Source: Leptogorgia sarmentosa
Taxonomy: Eukaryota
Direction: 5' to 3'
Length of the DNA: 64,000 bases
NCBI GenBank assembly: GCA_964658305.1
Contig: OZ210885.1
Span: forward strand, 19,096,001 to 19,160,000
Shown: positions 1-13,657 of the stretch, piece by piece
How positions within the stretch are numbered: position 1 is the stretch's first letter
Layout: the number at the start of each line of letters is the position of its first letter
Program-made: the position numbers and the translations under genes
Notes under the pieces: generated by a model
Seen by the model: only the letters and a program-made list of their open reading frames with translations
The model's database searches: none
What the model was told of the DNA's origin: nothing

Positions 1-2943
1 TTACGTGGTTGCTTAAACAAAGAAAGTTTGTTCTTCTTAATTGTGTCATTTATGGACTTGGTACGTTTAACAAGGACATCTTCTACAAAAGCTTCGTACT
101 GTTGCTTTCCTGTCTTCTCGAGGTTGCACAATGACTCGGCTACAGATGGATCTGCGCAGTCACGACTATCAGCAGCCACCAACTCTGGAAAATCATCCAG
201 AAATGGATTTTTCTCTATCATACCTGAAAGCAACAGGATTCTCAGTGAGGCCTACTGCGCCACCAGAACTCTTCACAATTTTGTTCTCCTGCTCGTGAGC
301 CTGATCTAGTGGCATTGTTGAAAACTTGTGACTAGTTTTAGAAATAGCCCAGTGTCCATTCTCCTCAAACTCTCTTTTGATTGTGTCTGGCAGTGATCGC
401 ATATCTCTTAGATGCACTGGCAGCCATCTGGCGTAATTGATGTGGTCTAAGGCAAAGAAAAGTGGTATCAGGTTATCCAAGACGTCGACATACAATTTGA
501 AGTTTCGTTCTCTGTGGGCTCTCACAAACAACAATATCAGAGTCTGATAACGTAAGATCATGTTCCAAAACATGAAAGTTGGACTACTTTCCACCATCCT
601 CTCTTCCCACGTGTGCATGCTTTCATCACTTTCACCACTTTCCAAGAAAGCTTCTTTAGATTGTGAAGAGCAAGTAGTGTAGTCTGATGGGCATGTCTGA
701 AAAAATATGTCACAATGTTAGTTTGAAATTAAAGTATGTTGTCTAATTGAACAAAGTCATTGAAAATACCTGGTTCGTGTGAGGTGTGTCACTTTGAGAA
801 AGGATTCTGCAGTACCACTCGAAGCTATGTTAGCCTCCACAAGAGCTGTGGTCCACCCTGAACATTCAAGTAAATCCCCAAGAGTGTTCCATAGTGCCAT
901 TTCGATATGTAAGCCGCCAAACATGACCACGTACATATCTTCACCATGAGTTTCGGGCCATTTCCATTGCACCTGTTTTGCCAGTGCAAATAGAGGCTGG
1001 TCTAGTGCAATTACAGGAACCTGTCCAGGATTCAAGAAGGTTATTGCGTCCTTTAAAACAGTCATGCCGTGTTTTAACATTGCTGGAGAAGCTGCCTTTT
1101 CGTTAAAAAGGGGAAGAAGGGCGGTAACAGCCGGGTAAACCGTGGGAAGGGTGTCTCTGGACGAGTGGTATGATGACCAGGTCAAAGTGTCGTCAGAGTT
1201 CACACTTGGTTGGTTTAATTTGGTTAATGCATGCTCTACCCAACGATTTTCTTGTTCCAATTCCACGTTGACAACACTTTCCGTTGGCTCTACTACACGG
1301 TCTGGGATTATTGTGGTGTTGGCATTCATTTCTACTGGAAGAACTGTGGTATAAGAATCTGGTAGAGAGTGGCGTTCGTTACCTGAGGGTGGTATAGTTA
1401 GTTCTGGTCTATCCTGTCCTGGTTTCTCCTCTGATGGGAACTGAAAGATAGATATTCCCATTCCGTGGAATGATGATGTTGCTTTTGTCGACGAAGGGTT
1501 ATGGTCTAGGTTATCCAATGCGCCAACAGAAAAAATGCCATCCTTCAGACAGGCAGGTACAACGAGGCCATCTTCATTGAATCTCTCGCTGGCAGATGTG
1601 GCCAGTCAATCTTCAACCTGTAATACTCTATCATAGGACACACAGAGTCCCATTTGGTATAGCTTAGTTATGAGAGATTTGCTTCTTGTGGTCGTATGAA
1701 TATTCAATCCGATATACAATGGGAGAGGAGGCTCCCGCACGTGGCGCTTTGAACAGTAGATTTTGAGTTATTCTCCTTTTTCTTGGAATTAAACAGAATT
1801 GTTTGACTAATTGTTAAACATGATTGCGAGTCGTGTTTCTCTTGGTCCTTAAGGTTCGTCCCATTTATTATCATAGCGATAAGTGACTTTAAACTAGCTG
1901 GTACAGAATCTTCCTGGCATTTTGATGTAAAACTTCCAGAAAATTTAAATTGCTCTTCGTGGCAAAACATGTGCTGTCGGATAATGGAAGCAGCCTTTGC
2001 CATTATAGACGCATCGTCCATGAAATCTCTCTTTAATACTGCGTCTTTGAGCATATTTTTCATTCCTTCTTCAAAAACAATAATTGTATTCTTCCCATCG
2101 TTCTGTTCTTGGGCATCAAGTTTCTCTAAAAGAGCAGCTTTTAGCCTTGTTTTGTTCACCTGTTTTTCGATACCCAAATCTTTCAGTCTGTTCACATACA
2201 ACGAATGAAGTTCCGATAGAGTGAACACCAACGTACCATCATCGACTGCACTATTGATATATGAGAGCAGTTCTAACATTGCTCTAGACCTATTCATTTT
2301 TTCTTCATCACCCCTGTAAGAACTGTTATCAGTTTTCGACATATATGACCTATATCTGTTTCTGAACGTAGTAATACAAGACATGTGGTATTTTCCCTCA
2401 ATAGCGACTAGGTCTCCTCCTGCTATCCTTGATAAAAGAGCAAAATCTCCCAAAGTGGTCGCAATTTTTCTCACATTTTTGTCGGTTTCCAGTGTGGTAA
2501 AACTATGCAGTTTACCAGTGTTCCCTTCACAAAATATACAGTTTTGTAGAAGCTGCTTTCTGGCTACTTTACGTTTTGGAGTTTGTGTTTCATATTCATG
2601 AGTATCCTTTAACAAATTACAACTTTGTTGTTTGCGTTTGTTGCATTGCACTTTCAATAAATTTCAAATGACAGGATTTATGCCATACTGCTTTATTTGA
2701 AATTAAATCTTGAATGGTCGTGTTTTCATCAAGTTGAAAATGTGTAGGCAGTGCTGCTATTGAGCGAAACTCAGCTACATTTGTTAAAAAAGTGGAATAA
2801 ACCTCATTAGAGTCGAGCCATTGGGGTCCACTCAAAGGACACTTCAAAGCTTCAGGCTTGTCGTCTTGACAGATTGCACATCTGCTCCAATCGTAAGGCA
2901 TTTTTCTATCTTTGAATAAAATAGAAGATTTGCATAAAGGCAT
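1..2943 (-). pseudogene. Academ-type DDE transposase, fragmented by frameshifts, stops and a deletion
   Basis: Collinear ORF pieces 2943-2617, 2657-1704, 1518-757, 645-193 and <215. Motifs: Cys/His-rich N-terminus (CAICQ, WHKSC, CIFC, YHMSC), DNLDHNPSS, DQPLFALAK, GGLHIEM...SGW, FFALDHINYARW, DQAHEQENK. GT-AG intron at about 769-698. Confidence 0.75.
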
Positions 2944-3441
2944 ATGTTTTTCTCTAGAAAAATAATCAAGAAGTGTAATTCAATTAATTTTCTTGTTGAA
3001 GATCGCAGTGGGTGCGAAATATTTTGTTTAAGTACTTACTTTTTCAATAGAGAAGTATGATAGCCGCCATCTTGGAATAAGTTTTGACGGAGGGGGACTA
3101 GAACCCACAATTGACATACAACCCCAAATAACGCATTTAATGTTCAAAAATTATTTGTAATTTGTAGTAAACATACACAAAGAAGTCCAGCAAGTCGTAT
3201 TAAATAACTTTATTCATAACTTTTAAAGAAAACGTCTTTAATCACATAATACATTTTACTCACCACAGGTGACCCAGATCAAATATTGTTTTAAACTTTA
3301 AATGGGAAATAAACGGTGTAAAACTTATTTTTGTGATGGGCATCTAGGCTAACATTGCAAAGGAATACATAAGGAACATATTTGCCAATTTTCATGCTTT
3401 TGTCACTGCTGTCACGATTATTCTACTAAGCAACCAGACTA
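1..3441 (-). mobile_element. Academ (AcademX-like) DNA transposon, 5' part, degenerate; continues beyond the window start
   Basis: The minus strand begins TAGTCTGGTTGCTTAG at 3441, matching the TAG terminus typical of Academ, and is followed by a fragmented transposase. The other terminus and the TSD are outside the window. Confidence 0.7.
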
Positions 3442-5614
3442 ATATTTGAAAGGCTCTTATTTTGTGAGCCAGGGAAATTTGACTTTATCAAGAAATTCAA
3501 GGATGTGTATGAGCTGTGTATTATGTCTTTATGTAGCATTAAGCCTAATTTCTTTTAAGCATTTATCTCTGTTGAATAACTGCCCCTCTAATCAGAAATT
3601 TCACATTGTAGTGGCACATAATTTTAAATGTACAGTATTTAAGGCAGTAGACCAACATTGCAAGGTTATAGGATTTAACGAAAGCAGTCTGGATCAGAAA
3701 TACCTGAAACTCATTTGAAAGGCATAGAGCTTGCAATTTTGTTAAGTCAAGAGGTGATAACTAATGGCAAGGATAACCAATTACTATGAGATATTTTTGT
3801 ATCTGCGTAGCAGATATATTGCTATCGAGTTGTTAGCTGTTAACTGTTAGCTTGCAGCCAATCAGCGAATTCGTTAGTTAAATCTGATTCAATTTAGCCA
3901 ATAGACGACAACGTAACATTGAGATGACGTAATTCTCACTGAGCATCTCGCAAAACCGTACGCGTGAAGGTGTGTTTTCAGGCTACTAATATAGCGACTG
4001 ATATAGGGGCGAGCTAAAGAGTGGTGATGTGTTTGTCTGTTTGATCGTGGATTATGTTTCGCATCAATATCCAGATAAAAAGAAAATACAATGTTCGCAG
4101 CGACGAGTGACTTCAGTGAAATAGAGGTTAATTTATGAGCGTTTACGCCGTTTAGAACACTATTTATACTAAGGTAATTTATAAGTAAAAATATCATGAT
4201 GCAAATTGCAGACATTGGCATTGCTTTTAAAGATATTAATTAAAGAGGTTCGCTATGCAATTTAGATCATTAAAGCAAAAATATCATGACGCAATTTATA
4301 CGATTGAACACAGCGAATATTTAAGGTTATGAAGAGTTTAATGTCTTGACACAATTGCCCGTATATTTTCCCAACGATACTTTAGCGTGTCGGCACTGTC
4401 GCACTGACACACTGTACATGTTTGGACTGCCCGCGGTGTCATTGTGATCATGGAATATCTACTATATTTTGACGCTTCGCCATACAAAATGGTTGAAACA
4501 TTCAATCCCGGGAAAATAGATTTCGTAGCTTGTAATAAAACGGGTTTGTGCGTTTATTAAGCGCGAGACAAAACAAACGAAATCATATATAGTTTCAAGT
4601 ACATATAGTTTCTGTTTTGAAACCTATGCAATGCGCATGAATGGACGGAATATATTGTATATAAATATATTATTTTGATACGGTATTGAAAAGGGTAAAT
4701 TTGGTTTTTAGAGAGCCACATTTTTCACAAACAATCGCAAAGCGCTGTGTCTATTTCAAAGACGCAATAACATAAAATGATAAAATGTGATATCATATGT
4801 CGTCAAGTTTCAATTCCTTATGCAATTTGATATATGATCGCGGGAGTTCCGGAATGCGAGATAGTCATGAAAGCTTATATCAAGTATTGAATACGTCTCC
4901 GCACAGCCTCACGTCTTGAAAGGCACTGGCATTTGCGCTATTCGCCTATTCCCTAGCAGTAAGCCATTTTATACATGCAAGATCGCGTATTAGGGACAGA
5001 TAAGATGCGTGTATCGAAAAGCTGAAAACAAGTAAGACTTGATCATCAAGCTACACAGGCGCAGATACATGTACACTTTGTGTACCTATTTTTTACTATC
5101 CTATCACCGCTTGACGTAAGACAAGTTTAAGAATGTTTGCCTAATATATCCAGGTGATTGGCCAATATTTGGTAATTCTTTCTAGTTTTGATATATCCAT
5201 TCCATGGTACCTTTAACTTAATTTGGTTTGACCTTCAGAAAAAATTCCAGATTTAATTAGTTTTGAGAAAATTGTAGTAAATGATGTAGCTACTAACTAA
5301 ATTGAATGTGTGGATTTTAAACATGACTGTAAAAAGGTTAATTATTTAATTCAAACCGAAACAAAGAGGGTCCAATACTGGTAACAGACAGGAGTGATAC
5401 AAAATAGAGTGTGGTAGCAATATTGTCAACACTGGGACAGATACTGTCTTGCCTGGTCTTGTCACGTCAGATTTATTGACATTTTCCGAGGAGCGATTTT
5501 TACAATCAAGGCGCTTTACTCTGTGATTACTGCGTATTTATAATATTCAACGATAAATTTTATAATAAATTTTGATAACGTAAATTTTTAAAAAAATTCA
5601 AGCAAAAACGTGAA

Positions 5615-6105
5615 ATGGAGCAAACTTCGCCCAAAAAACAAAAAAAAACAACATGGTGCTCGGCTTTGAATTGTGGGAGCAACAAAAGAGACAATAAAGA
5701 ACTCTCTTTTTTCCGTTTTCCCAAAGATGTAAGCAGGTAAGCTTCAAGACTCGGGAAATTGCCTGACCATGCAAAGTATTGAAGATAATTGAACCTACAG
5801 AAATACAATATAGTGACAGGATACGTGCAGTAGTTTCGACGCTTTGTTTTGGTTTGTTTTAAAGGTGCAATGTAAAAATGGGTTGTCAACTGCCGACGGG
5901 AAGACTTTCACCGCTACAATAGAGAAAAACTTCATAAAAACATCCACCTTTGCAGCATTCACTTCGAAGAGGGAATGTTTGCAAATACCTCAAAAACAAG
6001 ATTAAATAATAGTGCGGTTCCAACCATTTTTGACGTGCCGAATCCTCCTCCGCGGATAGGCGTAAAGAGAAGACTAATATTTCAGCAAGAAACTCCACAA
6101 AGCGG
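5615..6105 (+). pseudogene. THAP zinc-finger exons (N-terminus of a P-element/THAP9-like transposase)
   Basis: Exon 5615-5736 encodes WCSALNC..FFRFPKD. After intron 5737-5864 the next exon encodes WVVNCRR...LCSIHF...AVPTIF, completing the C2CH signature and AVPTIF box. There is a frameshift just after the acceptor. Confidence 0.88.
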
Positions 6106-7669
6106 TAATTTAAATTCTAGTTTACCCTTATGTAAAAACCATGGAATGCAGAGTAATTCTTGTACAGTCTTTAGGTGAGAAAATTAAATGTAAAGAGACG
6201 GTGTGAAAGACTGTAAACAAAATGTAAACAAACCCTTTGTTTACATTACGTATCATCTCGACCAGCCATTTAAATTTCCCGCCTCGTTTTTTGGAAGGCC
6301 GAGTAGTGAGTTTAGGGGTAATATTTATTTAATCATGGTGATTCAACAAAAACTAACTACTAATTATACTAACTTTTATGTATGGTACATTTATACAAGA
6401 GTTTTCCCTACATAGGCAAAAAGCGAAAAATCAATACACTAGAAAGTTCAGGTAGACCATTTTCAGCAACACTCTATATATCTTTACTTTCACTTAATCC
6501 AGACTTTACAGGTGACAGTCATATCACAGAGAAACTCTGTGGTCATACTTTGTGCCATCCCTAAAGCAGTCTTGTGAAAATATGAAATCTGAGCTGACAA
6601 TTTGGGCAATTTATAAAAAGTATATTATCACAGAGTAAATATTCATTTCTACTTTGCAACATTATCACAAATCAATAAAACAATATACAACCTGGCATTG
6701 CCACTCAAAGTGCTTTCAAGACTCATTTCCATCATGATAAGTGGACAGATGTTCCCCTTTTCCCAAAGACATCATATTTTGTGTGTTCAAAACTTACCCT
6801 AAAAATATGAGTATGATTATTTTAATATTGTCACGAGACTGCTAATTAGGTCTATAACAACATGTACTGTAACATCAATAAATAATGCTCATTCTTTTAA
6901 TACTCATAGAAAGAAAAAGCCAACGCAACCACTGTGAAGAGAGTCCTCCAAATCATAGTAGCACTATAGAAAACGAAGGTAAAAAATTGTCACAAATTTA
7001 ACACATTTGTCTTGTGCAAGTAAAAAATTTAAATGTATATTTCTGAACAGGTATTTCTTTCTCCTTAGGAACCCCTGGCGATGTGTATATAGAAGATTTG
7101 CAATATGATGGAATTGAAGAAGGTAATAGTGAATTTTCTTTTTATATAAACACATAATATGAATATATAATTCCTTCACAACTAATGTATGCAGCAGGAG
7201 CAATGTGTGTAATAAACAATATTACCCTACACATAAGAATAAAACTCACCCATACCACAGTCTGTGCCCATAGAGTACATTTTATGTTATTATTTGTTGC
7301 AGGACCGCCTCGCCCATCTCATTATTCTTGCTATAACAACAGAGAAAGCAATGTAGCAACATATGCAGATGTACCCATTATTCATGAAGGTATACAACAT
7401 TCTGTCAGTATTGGGGCAATGTTTACAGGTTTCCCACACTATTCTGATCGAAGCATACAGCTCCTCCTTGATAAAAAAAAAGTATATGGCATTAGTTACA
7501 ATAAATAAGGCAAAACATTAATCATTCAGTATTACCTAACATGCACATATTATGTCTTATGCTAGATACGATATCCTCTCATGCACAATTTTCCAAAACA
7601 AAGACGACCAAAACAACAACATCACCCACCGCTACTAAGAAACGCTACCAAGCACATATGGCAAAACAA

Positions 7670-9094
7670 AGACTAGGGATCCAAGGATAGTGCAAAGTTT
7701 CTAAGGCATAGGTCAAGCGTCTAACTTTTCATGCGCCGAACCTAATGCAAATGAGCTCAAACAAAGAACTTGGCACATGAAAAGTTCGACGTTTGACCTA
7801 GGCCGTAGAAGACATTAAAATCATATTTTTTAAAAGAAAACTAAGGAAACATTGTTGACGTGATACGAGAAAATAATCACTATTTTATTGTCTGGAAGCA
7901 ACTGCCATCACAGCAGCGCGCATGTAAAGCAAATCAGATAAATCTCTGACCTCTGACCTTTTTGAAATTATATACACATCGTACTGAACAAATGATCTTA
8001 AATGAGATAAATCACAAAGTGGCACGCTACTTCTGCGTCTTAATAAAATATCCAGTTTATTCACAGTATCAGGCCAACGTTAAATTTACTTTTGTATGCT
8101 TATATGTGCCTTTAGTTCTTTTAGTATCGAAAATTCTGTAAATCCCCGGTATTTTCGCGTAAACAAACAGCCGAGGTTTAGTGATGCCGTCGACCAGTGT
8201 TGTCGAGTTTTATCGTCGCATTACAAAGCAACAAGGAGCAAGTGACTAAGTTTAATTGTAGTAAATCATTCTTTTGCATCAGGAGTACATTAGTAAATGA
8301 ATGGCAATACCGCGAGGCGACGAAGAGTCGGAGATGGCGAAAACAAACACGAAAGCTATAAATGCGAAAGCTCGCAAATATGTTGCCTATGATCATCAAC
8401 CAATTTTTAAAATATGTGACGAGTTCTACTGTGTTACACATCTTAGTTTGCCCAGTATTTACGAATTGTGATGGCAATGTCGGCCAACTAAATTTTTAAT
8501 ATAAATACGCATGGCGGCTGTAATGAGTAGCTATTTCAAATTGTCCATGACAAATACAAGTTTTCTACAGATAATGATAATAAATTCAAATCTCTAGATT
8601 CATTGCTGATATTTAAAGAACATTTTAACTGCTTTATCAACGCATTCAAACATGTTGGCCACAGTATATTATCATCATACTGAATTACTGATTCACGGCC
8701 CCACTCTTAGCGTCCGCCATATTGTGTAATTTCATTCCCCAGAAGTGCTGAGTTGCAATTTTTGCAAAAACTGAAATTCCGGAGGGGCGTCCGCCATTGT
8801 GTACTGTATTTCTGCGCTTCTTTGATCACATTTCACATCTAACAAACTTTCATATCAATGAGAACAACTGCAAATAATGATGAGCAATGATATATAACTG
8901 CAATCGAATCATTTTTATTCAAACATTTCAAGGATATCAGTCAAATACCGTGTTTCGCATGTCAGGAGAATTTGGGACGCTCCCCCCGGAGTTTACACTA
9001 TGAATGACTGAATGACTACATGACTGATGTGAATTTTTGCCACTCATCACAATACTGCAAAGTTTCTTTGACTAAAAACGACTTTGCACTAAAA
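7670..9094 (-). mobile_element. Non-autonomous Helentron-like (HINE/DINE-1-type) element inserted in the P-element gene
   Basis: The minus strand starts TTTTTAGTGCAAAGT, is followed by a TCAG/TCAT-like microsatellite, and ends with the inverted subterminal repeat AAACTTTGCACTA plus a small hairpin at about 7670-7700. It sits in an A/T run with no TSD, and P coding sequence resumes on both sides. Confidence 0.55.
7705..7804. mobile_element. Short PIF/Harbinger-type MITE
   Basis: TIRs GGCATAGGTCAAGCGTCTAACTTTTCATG / CATGAAAAGTTCGACGTTTGACCTAGGCC. TAA on the left; right TSD imperfect. Confidence 0.6.
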
Positions 9095-10369
9095 ACGACT
9101 ACAACGGCTTAGACAAGCACTGAACATGAAGAAAAAGAGACAACAACAACAAAACATCAGCAGGAAAATAGCACTGGATGCTCTACGAACCATGTTGCCA
9201 GAAAGAATGGTAAATTTCATCGATTCTCAAATAGACTTACATATGAAAAAAAACAACGGGAAAAGGTACATGCCAGAAATGAAATCATTTGCGCTGTCGT
9301 TGTACCACATAAGTGGCAAGGCATACAGATTAATCTCAAAATTTTTCAACCTACCCTCTAAGAGAAGTCTGTCAAACTGGATTTCTGACCTGCCCAAATG
9401 TCCAGGCTTAACCACAGCAGCTCTGAATGTGATAGAAGCAAAAGTAAAATGCATGAATAATGCAAGTAGACTTTGCACCATTTCAATGGATGAAATGTCA
9501 TTCAAAACATCCCTGCTATATGATTCAACTAGAGATGAGGTGGTTGGTGTCCAAGATTGAGGAAATGGAGAGTGCAGTAAAGATCTAGTAACATCTGCTG
9601 TTGTTTTCATGGCTCGAGGTATAACAGGAAACTGGAAACAGCCTCTTGGATACTATTTGGTGAACAAAACATGCCGAAGTGATGTCCTGGAGGAAAAATT
9701 AAAGAAAATGATTAATCAAGTAACATCAATAGGTCTGAAGGTTCATGCTGTTATATCTGACCTTGGATCAAACTTTGAAAAATTCTTAAATGACATGCAA
9801 ATTTCACCATCCAAGCCATGGTTCATTCACAATGGCAGGAAGATATTTTATATTTATGACCCACCACACTTGATCAAGGCAGTGAGGAATAACCTCTTAA
9901 AATATGACTTCCATTTTGGAAACAAAGTTGCTTGCTGGGAGGACATCCTAAAACTGTATGAAAGAGACAAAAAATTAACAATTAGATGTTGCCCAAAGCT
10001 AAGTGAGAGCCACATCAATTTGACAGGATTCAGCAAAATGAAAGTCAAGTATGCAGTCTCAATGCCTTACCTGCTGCTGCAGCTGGAACAGCGGAATTGA
10101 TATCAAACTTCGACAAGATTTTTGATTGCCTGAATAGCTCTTCTAAAAACGATCCCAAGTGTCACCGACAAGCAATTTCTGAAAAGTCAATCCACCACCA
10201 GTTCCTAAAAGACATGTTACAGTTCATCAAGTCCATTAAAGTTGTTAATAGAAACACACAGGAAGATGTCACCAACAAGCTGAAATGCTTGAAGGGTTTA
10301 TGCTTGACAATTAACAGTGTTCTATCACTTTGGTCCCAATTAAAAGAAGAGGAGTCCCTTGATTTTTAG
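9095..10369 (+). pseudogene. P-element (THAP9-like) transposase core, disrupted and 3'-truncated
   Basis: Motifs [68 protein letters not shown]. In-frame stop at about 9558-9560, a deletion near 10060, and no final catalytic-E region. Confidence 0.9.
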
Positions 10370-10734
10370 TGCAAAGTTTCAAAGAAACTTTGCAGTATTG
10401 TGATGAGTGGAACAGCGGAATTGATATCAAACTTCGACAAGATTTTTGATTGCCTGAATAGCTCTTCTAAAAACGATCCCAAGTGTCACCGACAAGCAAT
10501 TTCTGAAAAGTCAATCCACCACCAGTTCCTAAAAGACATGTTACAGTTCATCAAGTCCATTAAAGTTGTTAATAGAAACACACAGGAAGATGTCACCAAC
10601 AAGCTGAAATGCTTAAAGGGTTTATGCTTGACAATTAACAGTGTTCTATCACTTTGGTCCCAATTAAAAGAAGAGGAGTCCCTTGATTTTTAGTGCAAAG
10701 TTTCAAAGAAACTTTGCAGTATTGTGATGAGTGG
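10087..10734 (+). repeat. 324-bp near-perfect tandem duplication
   Basis: 10087-10410 is repeated at 10411-10734 with TGG microhomology at the junction, which explains the duplicated ORFs at 10097 and 10400. Confidence 0.97.
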
Positions 10735-11479
10735 GGAAGATTCACATCAGTCATTGAGTCATCGTGTAAACTCCGGGGGGTGAGTTCAAATTCTCCTGAT
10801 GTGCTAAACTCCGTAGTTGACTGATATCCTTGAAATGTTTGAACAAAAATGATTCGATTGCAGTTATATATCATTGCTCATCATTATTTGCAGTTGTTCT
10901 CATTGATATGAAAGTTTGTTAGATGTGAAATGTGATCAAACAAGCGCAGAAATACAGTACACAATGGCGGAGCCCCTCCGGAATTTCAGTTTTTGCAAAA
11001 ATTGCAACTCAGCACAATTCTGGGGAGTGAAATTACACAATATGGCGGACGCTAAGAGTGGGACCGTGAATCAGTAATTCACTATGAATGTATGATGATA
11101 ATATAATGTGGCCAACATGTTTGATTACGTTGATAAAGCAGTTAAAATGTTCTTTATATATCAGCAATGAATCTAAAGATTTGAATTTATTATCATCATT
11201 AGTAGAAAACTTGTATTTGGCTTGTCATGGACAATTTAAAATAGCTACTGCAGCCGCCGTGCGTATTATATTAAAAATTTAGTTGGCCGACATTCCCATC
11301 CCAATTCGTAAATAGCGGGCAAACTCAGTAGTGTAAAGACATAATTTTACAAGATAGCAACAAGATAGGCATAATTTTAAATCGGTTGATCATAGGCATT
11401 AGGCAACATATTTGCGAGCTTTTGCATTTATAGCTTTCGTGTTTGTTCTCGCTGTCTCCGACTCTTCGTCGCCTCGCGG
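10688..11479 (+). mobile_element. Second copy of the Helentron-like element, inverted relative to 8310-9094
   Basis: Starts TTTTAGTGCAAAGTTTCAAAGAAACTTTGCA. Reverse-complement similarity to 8310-9094 runs through the interval with scattered mismatches and indels. Confidence 0.75.
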
Positions 11480-12025
11480 CTTTGATTCAATCCGCTTCAA
11501 TCATCTCATGTGATTACTATTTTTGTGTCAGCAGAAGCTTTCATCCTTGTCTTGTATGTTTTCCCTCATACATTAGAGTAAAATGACTGCAATAAACATT
11601 ACAAACGTAATGTAATCGCGGTTGAGCGAATGATCGTTCGATCGTCGAGAGTTGTCCTCACACACTCCCATTTTCAAATATAAGTTATTAAAAAGCTCAA
11701 AGATACTTTTTAAATACAAAAAAGAAATCACTTACCGTTATTCTTGAAAAATCCGGCTGAAGTGTAGAGATCAGAAACGTAGTGTCTTTAAAAAACCCAT
11801 TTTTGTCCTTTCGAATCGTGTTTTTCCTATTTTTTTCATATAAAATCCTGCTATGGAACTGGCTGGGAAATTCTGCGTGGCACGTGGCGATGACATAGGC
11901 AGGACAAAACGCGTGACATAAAAATTCAGGTTATTTGTCGAGAGTTTCCTCTCTGTTATTCTTACTCTGTGATTAAGTAGACTACATGAAGTATAGCATG
12001 CGGACGGAGCGGGGGGACTGGAGAG

Positions 12026-12757
12026 GAACAAGATGGTGTCCAGATTATTACCACGAGCAGTTAAATGCAGTACTCACTGAGATATAATATAACTGGAGAG
12101 AGTGCACTCGACTTTTTTCATACAAAGGAGTGAAGCCAAAAACATGGCGGATTTTACCGTTTGCTGACGCCACTGGTTCCTATTTCTCACATAATTTCCA
12201 CTGGCCAACAGCGGTCTCATGTTTCCGACGACGATTTTTTCTCTATTTTTGTGAAAAAAGCCGAAATTTTCTTTTTATATTGAATCAAGACGAAAAGCCG
12301 AATTTTCGCACGGCTGAAACGGTTTCACAATCCTTATAAAAAAGCAGAGTTGTTTTCAACCAGAAAGGTAAATCTAATTCCTTTTTTATGCAAAAAATTG
12401 AATAAAATATTCTCTGAAAAGACTACCTTTCAAGTTTCAAATAAGATTTTCGAGCTCTGAATATCTGTGTCGCTACTTCTTCAGTCGTCTTGAAGGCAGC
12501 AAATGATATCAGAATGTCAAAAAAGGAAGAAAACCGAAAAATCCTTTGCAAAAACCAAAATATTTTCGCCAAAACAAATCTTTAATGGGCTGAAAGTTGT
12601 TGTGGTCAGTGGTGCTCCAATGAAAATTAGGAACCAGTGGCGTGGATTTGAATGAATCCACGCCATAATTTTGGCTTCACTTTTTGATGCCGTGCACTCT
12701 CTCCAGTATTTCTTTAGCTCAGTGGCAGTACTGCTCCGGCCTCCGCCATCTTGTTCA
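12026..12757. mobile_element. Degenerate foldback/MITE with long imperfect inverted arms
   Basis: Blocks GAACAAGATGG, GCAGTACT, ACTGGAGAGAGTGCAC, AGTGAAGCCAAAA and ACGCCACTGGTTCCTA (12026-12190) recur inverted at 12620-12757. True termini and TSD unresolved. Confidence 0.65.
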
Positions 12758-13657
12758 AGAGGCTGGGTACTAGTGCGCCCGCATCCTGCGCGGGTGCATT
12801 GGGGTGCGTGGGTAAAAATAGAAATTCAAGAACGCATTTAAAAGCCCCGTTTACACGAACAAATTTTATGTTGCAATTTTTATTTGTCCCATACCAATAA
12901 AACTTGTCACATGCGAAATTGTCACATTACATAAAAATTGCTTCGGTAGAAAGGGCCATTCGTGAATTCGAAATAAAACAAGATAATACTGTGTGCGTGG
13001 TGGTAACCACGTGGCGCTGGTTGTTGTTGACAATGTTGTTGACAATTTAACGGCTCGTTTATTACCAGATATTGATATTCGAATTTAAAAATAAAGGCAG
13101 AAAGTAGAACATGCTGACCCCAACGAGAATATTTTAGTGGACATGGTTCAGTCAAATCGCCTGTAGAAACATAAAAATTTATTACGGCACGGGTGAGAAA
13201 ATTATCGACAAACTAGCTCAGAGCTAGTTAGTGAAGACTTCACAACCAGATGATCTCAAAACACGGAAAAGGACTGGGACTAGCTTTCAGATAGAAATCC
13301 ATTTTTGGATTGAAACAATTGAATATCTCCCATAATATAATTTATTTTGATTTCATATTTTTGTCAGAGCTATAGTTCTCATAACCAAACATAATTACAA
13401 AATTTCAACTAGTTTCATACAGAGTAACGAAAGATATAATTGAGTGAATATAGAAAAATGGATTTCTATTCGGACAACCCTTTCTGAGCGCTGATTGGCT
13501 GAAACACGAACACAAGATCACCTGGAATAGAACAATACGAACAAACAAGCAAGGACGGTGCAAGGCAGGTAGGCGAATGGTCGTAGACAAATTCGTTTAA
13601 CTGTAACCACACGCTCTAAAACCAGTCTTGAAAGCACAAACAACATTACATTGCACA

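Noticed and set aside
4230..5520. Possible Kolobok (TTAA-AG) or P-element (CATGG/CAAGG) termini
   Set aside because: No matching partner terminus or TSD could be verified.
8310..11479. Long inverted repeats as the P element's own TIRs
   Set aside because: The THAP exons lie outside them, the repeats interrupt coding sequence, and no 8-bp TSD was found.
12844..12957. Possible Harbinger-type MITE
   Set aside because: Inverted ends are too degenerate and there is no clear TSD.
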